From an uncultured Bacteroidota bacterium (GTDB taxonomy: Bacteria; Bacteroidota; Bacteroidia; Bacteroidales; VadinHA17): 64,000 nucleotides of DNA. Position 1 is the stretch's first letter. The number at the start of each line of letters is the position of its first letter. The translations under genes were made by a program, and so were the position numbers. The DNA lies in assembly GCA_903824785.1 (NCBI GenBank), contig CAIJYD010000135.1:1928-65927 (forward strand), in the 5' to 3' direction. The notes beneath the pieces are model-generated. The model had not been told where the DNA came from. It searched no databases and was given only the letters and a program-made list of their open reading frames with translations. Shown here piece by piece: positions 1 through 7,614 of this stretch.

Positions 1-746
1 TAACTATATGTCTGTGTTGCTATTGCTCCTGTAGTCCAAACTGGCCCGTTGTTTAATGTCCCCGGGTATGAACCAGCTGTTGTATTATCGCTTAATGTAG
101 TTCCGCTCCCGTTACTCATTTTATAATAAGCCGTGAGGCCGCTTTCGCTGCCGGCAATCTCATTCGACATATTGGCCTGTATTTCTGCCTGTGTGCGGGC
201 CGTGTTCCAGATACGAACTTCGTCAATCAATCCCGGAAAATACCTGTTTTCCTGAACTCCATTTTCATATAAATTCCCAATATCAAATGTATTGAGAGCC
301 GGCGACCCATTAACAGTTCCACTTGCTTCGGAAACACCATTAATATACAAAGTTGAAATAGTGCCGTTTTTTACAACAGCAACATGCACCCAGTTTCCGG
401 TATTTATATTAGTAGCTCCGGAAACCGAATTCCAGGCATAACCAGTATTTGTTGCGTCAATTCCAAACTGGAGTCTTGCAACGCTTCCGCTTATAACTAA
501 CCTGAATTCAGCAGTATTATAAGCACCACCACCCCATGATACAATCCCAGGCTCCGCAATACTGTATCCCGAAGGAATCACAATCTTTATCCAGGCTTCG
601 ATAGTCATAGTTGAGCTATACGGAGGGATTGTGCTGAAACCAACATAATCATTAACCCCGTCGAAGCTAAGTGCATTCCCTTGTGCCGCCAGCTGCTGGC
701 CGCTCAGACATACCAAAAGCAAAAGCCAGAGGAACGATTTCTTCAT
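1..746 (-). CDS. Secreted LamG / concanavalin-A-like lectin domain protein, N-terminal part only (gene runs off the left edge)
   Basis: Absent from the ORF track because no stop codon lies in the window. Manual minus-strand translation from the ATG (complement of 744-746) gives MKKSFLWLLLLVCLSGQQLAAQGNALSFDGVNDYV...GNWVHVAVV...LYINGV...IDEVRIWNTARTQAEIQ. That is a signal peptide plus a LamG_3-type pattern. I checked the frame for stops over positions 3-182 and found none. Confidence 0.6.
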   Translation of the reverse strand, partial: MKKSFLWLLLLVCLSGQQLAAQGNALSFDGVNDYVGFSTIPPYSSTMTIEAWIKIVIPSGYSIAEPGIVSWGGGAYNTAEFRLVISGSVARLQFGIDATNTGYAWNSVSGATNINTGNWVHVAVVKNGTISTLYINGVSEASGTVNGSPALNTFDIGNLYENGVQENRYFPGLIDEVRIWNTARTQAEIQANMSNEIAGSESGLTAYYKMSNGSGTTLSDNTTAGSYPGTLNNGPVWTTGAIATQTYS

Positions 747-879
747 TCTCCCTGCTAATGCAACGATGTCTGATACTCTAACCATATATCAGTTTTACTT
801 GATCAAACTCTTTAATTAAAATTGTAACCTTCATTTAGAACCTCCCACCCCGGAACAGTTCTATACCTTTATATATATG

Positions 880-1278
880 TCAACTAATAATTACACTGTT
901 TTTATTACCATTTACCTCTTTCAGAACCATACCTGCAACAACCATCGATAGTTTATCAAAATCATCTACTTTAGTAAAGAAATAGTCGGCTCCTGCCTGA
1001 ATAGCCATTTGCCGGTGATGGTCGGAGGAATAGAAGGTAAGGATAATGATCTTAACAATCTTGTTCTCTTTCCTTATTTCACTTAATACTTCCAACCCGC
1101 TCAAGCCGGGCATCTTTATATCAACTATCGCAAGGTCCGGTTTCAAAGACCTTAAAGCAGCAAGGGCTTTTGTGCCGTCCTTATACGATCCTATCAGCTC
1201 TGCCTGCTTATACATACTAAGCATCTCCTGCAATCTGTCAAGAATTAAGCCTGAATCGTCTGCTATTAATACTTTCAT
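880..1278 (-). CDS. Stand-alone CheY-like response regulator (receiver domain only)
   Basis: 132 aa. N-terminal acidic pair (LIADDSG), phospho-acceptor context (LAIVDIKMPGLSG) and a conserved Thr/Lys region (IILTFYS...YFFTK). No output domain. Confidence 0.85.
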   Translation of the reverse strand: MKVLIADDSGLILDRLQEMLSMYKQAELIGSYKDGTKALAALRSLKPDLAIVDIKMPGLSGLEVLSEIRKENKIVKIIILTFYSSDHHRQMAIQAGADYFFTKVDDFDKLSMVVAGMVLKEVNGNKNSVIIS

Positions 1279-1330
1279 GTCAACGGTATATTTTTAACAT
1301 GGTAAAAGTAAATCCAATATATAATACTTC

Positions 1331-1363
1331 TTGTAAGGGAACTGGTAAATGTTTGTAAGGGAA
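1331..1363. repeat. Two copies of the 11-bp direct repeat TTGTAAGGGAA, spaced 22 bp start to start
   Basis: Read directly: copies at 1331-1341 and 1353-1363. They lie 53-85 nt upstream of the orphan receiver gene start at 1278. Confidence 0.7.
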
Positions 1364-1377
1364 ACGCTCAATCTTCT

Positions 1378-1419
1378 GTAGTACTTCTACTACACGATGT
1401 AGTACTTCTACTACACGAT
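1378..1419. repeat. Perfect tandem duplication of a 21-bp unit, GTAGTACTTCTACTACACGAT x2, each unit containing a palindrome
   Basis: Copies at 1378-1398 and 1399-1419 are identical. Each contains GTAGTA-cttc-TACTAC. A partial third copy (TCTACTACA) lies at 1428-1436. Confidence 0.9.
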
Positions 1420-1442
1420 GGAGGGAATCTACTACAAAGGAT

Positions 1443-1477
1443 GAGGAGTGAGGCGTGAGGCGTGAGGAGTGAGGAGG
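1443..1477. repeat. Five tandem copies of the heptamer GAGGMGT
   Basis: Reads GAGGAGT GAGGCGT GAGGCGT GAGGAGT GAGGAGG directly in the sequence. The tract is intergenic. Confidence 0.9.
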
Positions 1478-1556
1478 GTCGAAGAGCAGATGTTTGAGGA
1501 GCTACTCTAGTTTCAGGATTTGGCTGCGCCGAGCTCGTCCCGCTGGAGCGGTACGG

Positions 1557-1787
1557 TTAAGCAACTTTAGGTAACCGTATGATTTCGAATTCAGAACCTT
1601 TCTTAATAGATTCCAATGCGGCTTGATAAACCTGTTTTGATACGGCTGAAGAGTAGTAAACCTCACCACAATTATTGCAAACACTGGAAGGGACATCTTT
1701 GAAAAAAAACAAATGTCCCTTAATATCAACGGTTAATGTTGATTTTCCAATTTTTGTTGTTCCTAATTTACACACCGGGCATTTCAT
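1557..1787 (-). CDS. YgiT-type zinc-finger protein, MqsA-family antitoxin-like (zinc finger only, no HTH domain)
   Basis: MKCPVCKLGTTKIGKSTLTVDIKG...VCNNCGEVYY gives a CxxC...CxxC pattern. I chose the ATG at 1787, which lies 1 nt after the stop of the upstream DUF4258 gene. The longer track ORF (to 1841) would overlap that gene. Confidence 0.7.
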   Translation of the reverse strand: MKCPVCKLGTTKIGKSTLTVDIKGHLFFFKDVPSSVCNNCGEVYYSSAVSKQVYQAALESIKKGSEFEIIRLPKVA

Positions 1788-1788
1788 T

Positions 1789-2076
1789 TTATCTCTTTTT
1801 TGTTTTAAACCCAACATTCCAAATCTTATTATCAGGTACATAGGTTGTGATAATAATACAATTCCCTTCTATATCTTGCGAAAGCACAACATGTATCGGT
1901 CTTTTACCTATAAATCCGAGTACCAACCAACTCTTAAACGGATCATCATCAGGATATTCATTTATTATTTCTCCTGTTTTTATAGTTGCCTCCACATCAT
2001 CAGGGCTAATATTTCTACTTAAAAGTCTTTCTAAAGCATGCTTTCTGTAAATGAAGTCCTTGCAGTTAAAAACCAT
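1789..2076 (-). CDS. DUF4258-family protein, putative toxin partner of the YgiT antitoxin
   Basis: 95 aa. The pattern FIYRKHALERLLSRNISPDDVEATIKTGEIINEYPDDDP...PIHVVL is typical of DUF4258. The gene is tightly coupled to the zinc-finger gene downstream. Confidence 0.7.
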   Translation of the reverse strand: MVFNCKDFIYRKHALERLLSRNISPDDVEATIKTGEIINEYPDDDPFKSWLVLGFIGKRPIHVVLSQDIEGNCIIITTYVPDNKIWNVGFKTKKR

Positions 2077-2098
2077 TTAAAAATAGTTTAAAGATTTA

Positions 2099-2106
2099 CA
2101 AAATTA
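2099..2106 (-). promoter_or_regulatory. Candidate Bacteroidota -7 promoter box (TAATTTTG on the minus strand) for the toxin-antitoxin pair
   Basis: The plus strand reads CAAAATTA, the reverse complement of TAnnTTTG. It lies 23 nt upstream of the ATG at 2076. Confidence 0.4.
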
Positions 2107-2209
2107 CATAAAATTTTGAAAGCACTTCATCTTTAAATAATTAAAGTTTAAGATTTCAAGAACACTGACAACCGGAAGGTTAGTGAGGGCTCTGTACAGA
2201 GTCTGTGAT

Positions 2210-2845
2210 TCAGATCAGGTTATTTTCGAGGCAGTACCTTGTAAGTTCGTTGTTTTTATGAAGCTCCATTTTCGCCAGAATACGGCGTCTGTAGGTACTT
2301 ACGGTTTTATCGGATATGCAAAGTTCTTTAGATATTTCCTGAAGTGATTTTCCGTTTGCCAGCTTGATGAGTATCTCAAATTCACGTCCTGAAAGAACTT
2401 CATGTTTAAGCCGTGTTGTATCTTTATCAATATGAAGGGCAATCCTTTCAGCAAGTGACAGTGAGATGTATTTTCCCCCCTCCGATACTCTTTTTACAGC
2501 CAGAAGTAACTCCTCTGATGCAGTGTCTTTTGTAAGGTAGCCGGATGCTCCGAGATTCAGGGCACGCATTGCATACTGCTCCTGTGGATGCATGCTCAGC
2601 ATCAGTACATTTGTTGATGGCCATTTTGACCTTACTGTTTGAAGAATCTCCAGTCCGTTTTTTTCAGGTAATGTAATATCAAGAAGTATAACATCAAAGG
2701 TCTCATTTTTTAAGATGTTCAGGAGTTCATTTCCATCTCCGGCCTCTTCGATTGAAGTAACACCTTCAAGTCGTTGAAGAATCTGTCTTAAACCGTCGCG
2801 AACAATCTTATGGTCATCACAAATCAGTATTCTCATTGGAGTCAT
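2210..2845 (-). CDS. NarL/FixJ-type response regulator (REC + LuxR-type HTH)
   Basis: RILICDDH...VILLDITLPEKNG...LMLSMH receiver followed by LSGREFEILIKLANGKSLQEISKELCISDKTVSTYRRRILAKM, a LuxR HTH. Its start overlaps the kinase stop. Confidence 0.9.
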   Translation of the reverse strand: MTPMRILICDDHKIVRDGLRQILQRLEGVTSIEEAGDGNELLNILKNETFDVILLDITLPEKNGLEILQTVRSKWPSTNVLMLSMHPQEQYAMRALNLGASGYLTKDTASEELLLAVKRVSEGGKYISLSLAERIALHIDKDTTRLKHEVLSGREFEILIKLANGKSLQEISKELCISDKTVSTYRRRILAKMELHKNNELTRYCLENNLI

Positions 2846-4784
2846 TATGTGTTAACGGAAAAATAAGTTTAATCACAGTTCCGGAATTTTTCATCCGGGA
2901 TATTTTAAATGTCCCACGCAGTGAGGCAGCCCTCTCATTCATGCTGATAATTCCAAAAGATTTTTTTGATTTTATCTCACTTTCAGATATTCCAACCCCA
3001 TTATCAGAAATGGTGAAATTAATTTTGTCCTCTGTACTTTTTATCGAAATATTAACACGGGTGGCCCCGGAATGCCTGGCAATATTAGTTAGCGATTCCT
3101 GCATAATTCTGAATACAGTAAGGGAAGCATCGGGTGGTATCACTAATTCTGGTTCCAGATCAAGAATAACCTCAACTTTATTTCTCTCGGCAAACTCTTT
3201 AGTGTACCAGTCAATTGCTGCTTCGAGACCAAGGTCGTCAATAATCTGTGGCCGAAGCTGTGATGTAAGCCTCTGTACTGTCTTGATAGTTTCGCCCACA
3301 AGATCAGAGACTTTATTAATCCTAAGGGTAACAGCAGGGTCGGAAACATGATGCTTTATCGTTGCAAGATCAATTTTTACGGCTGTAAGTGCCTGACCCA
3401 GATCGTCATGCAGTTCACGGGAAATTGCCACTCTTTCAGTTTCCCGTACTTTCTCGATATATTGTGTCAGTCTGTGTTGCTGCTCAAGTGAACTCTGAAG
3501 TTCCTCTTCCACCTTCTTTTTCTCACTTATATCGGAAAAGAATCCTTCAACAGCTATAACCCTGTTTCCCGAAAATACTCCTCGTCCTTTTTCCCATACC
3601 CATTTTATATCGCCCTGCTCCGATACAATCCTGTATTCCACAGTAAAAGATATATTTTCTTCAAGAGCATTTGAAATATTTTTTATAACCCGCTCTTTGT
3701 CTTCCTTGTGTATAAGTGAAGCAAAAGATCTTACCCTGTTCATCAGAAAATCCCAGGAGGGATAACCTGTCAGCTCCCTGACACCCTCACTGATATATTC
3801 CATTGTCCGCTCAACATCGGGTTTGCATCTGAAGACAGCGCCGTTAAGATTATTAATTATTGAATTTGTTTTCCTTATACTTTCCTGAAGGGAGATCTGA
3901 AGCAGCTTCTGTTCGGTTATATCCCAGACTAACCCGTTGAGTCGTAGTGGAATCCCTTTACCGTCAGAAACTGTCCTTGCCCTGCATGTCAGAAACCTCA
4001 CTGCACCACCTGGCAGGATAACTCTGAAATCTGTTTCAAGATCTGTATTCCTGTTCACGGGTCCTGAAAGAAGCTCCTTTAACGATCCTTTGTCTTCCGG
4101 ATGAATACACTCAAAAAACTCTTTTTCAGTTCTTTTATATTGACCAGTTGAAAACCCGAGCAATCGACAGGCTTTGTTATCAAAATATCTTTTGTTTCCT
4201 GCGAGATCGAAAACCCAGGTGCCAATCCCGGCTGATTCCATAGCCATATCGAGAAGGGTGAGCTTTTCTTCAACGAGTTCATAATCTTCGAACCCGGTTC
4301 TCTCAGGTTTAAAACCTTCACCATTTTCTTTACCCCTGGTTTTATCTTTTACCAGAACCTGTTCATCTTTAGAGTGCTGCTGAGAGACATCCAGTTGTAA
4401 AAGGAAAAGATTCCGTTTAGCAAAAGCATTTTTTATTGAAGAGATAAGTTTTGTAAGGCTTGTTTTCAGGATATAATCATCTGCTCCGGCTTTAATGCAT
4501 TCAACTGCAACCTCTTCATTAACTGATCCGGTAACAACAATAAAAGGAGTCTGAGGAGCAATCTCATTCCGGAGGGATAAGGCATTCATCCCGTCAAACT
4601 GAGGAAGACAATAATCAGAGATAATCAAATCGGGAACAATGGAAACTAAAGCTTCAATATAATCACTTTTAGTCTCTACAATTCTATAGGTAAAATCTAT
4701 GTCGTTTTTTGAAATCTCATGTAAAACAAGCTCCGCCTCTGCAGGAACATCTTCCACATAAAGAATCCTGATTTTCTTAAACAT
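2817..4784 (-). CDS. Hybrid sensor histidine kinase: N-terminal REC, two PAS-like regions, HisKA_3 and HATPase_c
   Basis: REC: RILYVEDV...LIISDYCLPQFDG...ADDYILK. PAS-like repeats are present. H-box: ISRELHDDLGQALT. ATPase: QESLTNIARHS...DNGVGI. I used the ATG at 4784 rather than the TTG at 4796. Confidence 0.9.
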   Translation of the reverse strand: MFKKIRILYVEDVPAEAELVLHEISKNDIDFTYRIVETKSDYIEALVSIVPDLIISDYCLPQFDGMNALSLRNEIAPQTPFIVVTGSVNEEVAVECIKAGADDYILKTSLTKLISSIKNAFAKRNLFLLQLDVSQQHSKDEQVLVKDKTRGKENGEGFKPERTGFEDYELVEEKLTLLDMAMESAGIGTWVFDLAGNKRYFDNKACRLLGFSTGQYKRTEKEFFECIHPEDKGSLKELLSGPVNRNTDLETDFRVILPGGAVRFLTCRARTVSDGKGIPLRLNGLVWDITEQKLLQISLQESIRKTNSIINNLNGAVFRCKPDVERTMEYISEGVRELTGYPSWDFLMNRVRSFASLIHKEDKERVIKNISNALEENISFTVEYRIVSEQGDIKWVWEKGRGVFSGNRVIAVEGFFSDISEKKKVEEELQSSLEQQHRLTQYIEKVRETERVAISRELHDDLGQALTAVKIDLATIKHHVSDPAVTLRINKVSDLVGETIKTVQRLTSQLRPQIIDDLGLEAAIDWYTKEFAERNKVEVILDLEPELVIPPDASLTVFRIMQESLTNIARHSGATRVNISIKSTEDKINFTISDNGVGISESEIKSKKSFGIISMNERAASLRGTFKISRMKNSGTVIKLIFPLTHNDSNENTDL

Positions 4785-4927
4785 ATAGCAAAACAAAAAA
4801 TTCCTATTTCATTTCAAAGAAACGGATAATTCAGGAGAATTTTAATAAATCAGATGAAAATTTATTAACTGAAAACCTGAAAGGTTCGTAAGTGACGGAA
4901 GTCGAAGACTTAATACAGTCTGGAGTG

Positions 4928-5872
4928 TTAGCCTCTTTTGTTTTTCACAACAGAAGCAAGTATCGATATCAGCAGGATAGAAATAATTATTACTAAAGAG
5001 AGGATTGTTGGTATCTCAAATTTAAAAAACGCAGCCAGCATTTTCAATCCGACGAAAGTAAGAACAAAAGCAAGTCCTGTTTTCAGATAATCGAAGTATC
5101 CCATTATGCCGGATATGGCAAAATAGAGAGAGCGAAGTCCTAATATTGCAAAGATATTCGAGGTGTAAACAATGAATCTGTCCTGACTTATTGCCAGTAT
5201 TGCAGGAATACTGTCGACCGCAAAGATAAGATCCGAGGATTCAATGATAATCAGAACAAGAAACAGTGGTGTTGCATACAGCCGCCGGTTCTTTCTGACA
5301 AATAATTTATCGCCATGCAGATTATCAGTAACAGGAAGAAACTTTTTGAAAAACTTTACTATGGGATTCTTTTCAGGATCAACTTCAGCCTCTTTCGGGA
5401 AGAGCATCTTTATTCCGGTAAAAACCAGAAACCCACCGAAAATAAGAACTATCCAGTGAAAACGGTTAATGAGGGCAACACCTGCAAATATGAATATACC
5501 TCTCATTATCAAAGCTCCCATAATTCCCCAGAAGAGAATCTTATGCTGATACTGATCCTTAACGGCAAAATAGGAGAAGATGAGAATGAACACAAAAATA
5601 TTATCCACACTAAGTGAGTATTCAATTACATAACCTGTAAGAAACTCGAGAGCTTTTGAAGGACCGAAATCAGGGTCGAGATAGATAAACAGATTAAATA
5701 AAAGAGCCAGACCTACCCATACAAAACTCCAGATGACAGCCTCTTTAACAGGCACTTTGTGGGTATTTTTATGAAACACACCCAGATCCAGTGCAAGCAT
5801 TATGAATACAAACAGATGGAATCCAATCCAGAAATAAATGCTCGTTCCCATTATTTTAATTTCAGGCAGCAA
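4928..5872 (-). CDS. TerC-family integral membrane protein
   Basis: Multi-pass membrane protein with TerC-like motifs (EYSLSVDNIFVF...ESSDLIFAVDSIPAI). The start may be the ATG at 5851 (MGTSIYFW) instead of the TTG at 5872. Confidence 0.85.
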   Translation of the reverse strand: MLPEIKIMGTSIYFWIGFHLFVFIMLALDLGVFHKNTHKVPVKEAVIWSFVWVGLALLFNLFIYLDPDFGPSKALEFLTGYVIEYSLSVDNIFVFILIFSYFAVKDQYQHKILFWGIMGALIMRGIFIFAGVALINRFHWIVLIFGGFLVFTGIKMLFPKEAEVDPEKNPIVKFFKKFLPVTDNLHGDKLFVRKNRRLYATPLFLVLIIIESSDLIFAVDSIPAILAISQDRFIVYTSNIFAILGLRSLYFAISGIMGYFDYLKTGLAFVLTFVGLKMLAAFFKFEIPTILSLVIIISILLISILASVVKNKRG

Positions 5873-5947
5873 ACATATGAAAATATTTCCTTAAATCTTC
5901 ATTAACTTTACCACAATAAAAACAATTACCACGAATAGACCAGAGGT

Positions 5948-7585
5948 ATGAAAAGAAGTATAATATTGGTTATAGTCATTATATTGACTATAACCACTCC
6001 GGAATCTTTGTTCTCTCAGAAGATTGCCGGCTCAAAAAACCAGATTACATCCTCCGATCTGGAGAGCAATCTTTCCTTCCTTGCCTCTCCTCTGCTGAAA
6101 GGCAGGATGAATGGAGAAGAGGGACTTGAAATAGCGGCGCAATATCTTGCTTCACAGGCAAGATTAACAGGGTTGAAACCTGCCAATGGGTCCAGTTATT
6201 TTCAGCCATATTCTGTTTTCATGAAGACCATGGACAAGGAAAAAACTTCAGTCCGGATCATCTCGGGCAGCAAGGATACTGTAACATTAAAAGCACCTCT
6301 GCTGCAGCTGCTTCCAACCGGTCCTTCAGATTTCATTCTTGAAGGTGAAGTTGTTTTTGCAGGATATGGCATTAAGGCCGACAAGTATAAATACAATGAT
6401 TTTGAGAATCTCAAAACGGAGGGAAAGATACTGCTTGTAATGGACAGGGCTCCGATGTCGGAAGATGGCAAAAAATCTCTTTTTGAAGAGAAGAGCTGGA
6501 GTTCACCAATGAGTTTTCAGATGAAGCTTACTACCCTTATTCTCACAAAAGCAAAAGCTATTCTTATTGTTTCTGATCCTAAATCAGGGTTTCAATCCTT
6601 TGCTGAATCAAGTCCCGGTATAGCAGTAAGCCTTTCTTCAAAAGCCACACTTACAGAGGGAAAAGAAGAAAAAGTAAATCCTTTCATGTCGGCATTACCG
6701 AAGATAATCTTCATTCACAGATCTATTGCAGATGCCCTTCTTAATGGATCGGGGTTTACTCTTGAAGAGCTTCAGAATGGTATTGATGCGGCACTTAAGC
6801 CCCACTCTTTTCCTATATCAGAAAAACAGTTAAAAATCACCGAAGTATCCCTCACCGAGAAGAAAGAACTCAAAAACGTTGCAGGATATGTTGAAGGAAC
6901 AGATCCGGTATTGAAAAATGAGGTGGTTGTGTTCTCAAGCCACTATGATCATATCGGGGCTTCGGGGAATAAGGTGAATACAGGAGCCGACGATGATGCG
7001 TCCGGCTGTGTTGCACTTCTTTCGATGGCTAAAGCGTTTGAGAGTCTGGGGAAAAAGCCTTTGCGATCAGTCCTGTTTCTTTGGGTTTCAGGTGAAGAGA
7101 TCGGGTTATTTGGCTCAAAATCATATGTTAACAACCCTCTTTTCCCGATAGAAAAAACTGTTGCAGATCTTAACATGGATATGATCGGACGAATAAAAGG
7201 GATTGCCGATTCAACCTCAGAGAATCCAATGACAGAAGCCAATTCAGTATTTGTCATTACAGACAATCAGAGCAAAGAGCTCAGAAGAATTGCCGATGAC
7301 ATAGACAGGAAGAGCCCGCTTGAATTTGATTACAGCCTTAGCGGAAAAGATCACCCGCTGCAACTATTTGCCAGAAGCGATCACTATAGTTTTGTAGAAA
7401 AAGATATTCCTGTTCTATTTTTTACAACTGGTCTGCATACCGATTATCATACCCCGGAAGATGTTATCGGAAAAATCGATTTTAAGAAACTGGAACTGGT
7501 AACCAGGACAATGTATGAGATAGGGTTCACAATAGCAAACAGAAAAACAAGGTTAGTTGTCGACTATCCTTTCAGTTCGTGGTAA
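5948..7585 (+). CDS. Secreted M28-family zinc aminopeptidase with PA domain
   Basis: Signal peptide, then SSHYDHIG...GADDDASGCVALLSMAKAF...LWVSGEEIGLFGSKSY...DHYSF. Confidence 0.85.
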   Translation: MKRSIILVIVIILTITTPESLFSQKIAGSKNQITSSDLESNLSFLASPLLKGRMNGEEGLEIAAQYLASQARLTGLKPANGSSYFQPYSVFMKTMDKEKTSVRIISGSKDTVTLKAPLLQLLPTGPSDFILEGEVVFAGYGIKADKYKYNDFENLKTEGKILLVMDRAPMSEDGKKSLFEEKSWSSPMSFQMKLTTLILTKAKAILIVSDPKSGFQSFAESSPGIAVSLSSKATLTEGKEEKVNPFMSALPKIIFIHRSIADALLNGSGFTLEELQNGIDAALKPHSFPISEKQLKITEVSLTEKKELKNVAGYVEGTDPVLKNEVVVFSSHYDHIGASGNKVNTGADDDASGCVALLSMAKAFESLGKKPLRSVLFLWVSGEEIGLFGSKSYVNNPLFPIEKTVADLNMDMIGRIKGIADSTSENPMTEANSVFVITDNQSKELRRIADDIDRKSPLEFDYSLSGKDHPLQLFARSDHYSFVEKDIPVLFFTTGLHTDYHTPEDVIGKIDFKKLELVTRTMYEIGFTIANRKTRLVVDYPFSSW

Positions 7586-7614
7586 CCTGAAATAACCGTG
7601 TTTTAATATCTGGT

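Noticed and set aside
1378-1477. Possible CRISPR array, because of the tandem repeats
   Set aside because: The units are 21 bp and 7 bp, directly abutting with no spacers. There are only 2-5 copies and no cas genes in the window.
1502-1729. 75 aa minus-strand ORF overlapping the antitoxin gene in another frame
   Set aside because: The overlapping frame encodes a clear CxxC...CxxC zinc-finger protein. This ORF has no motifs and runs into the repeat region.
2836-3351. 171 aa plus-strand ORF
   Set aside because: It is antisense to the ATPase domain of the histidine kinase.
5873-5947. Manganese (yybP-ykoY) riboswitch upstream of the TerC-family gene
   Set aside because: Only about 75-95 nt separate it from the divergent peptidase gene. 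I see no paired conserved helices, and there is no room for a riboswitch of over 100 nt plus two promoters.
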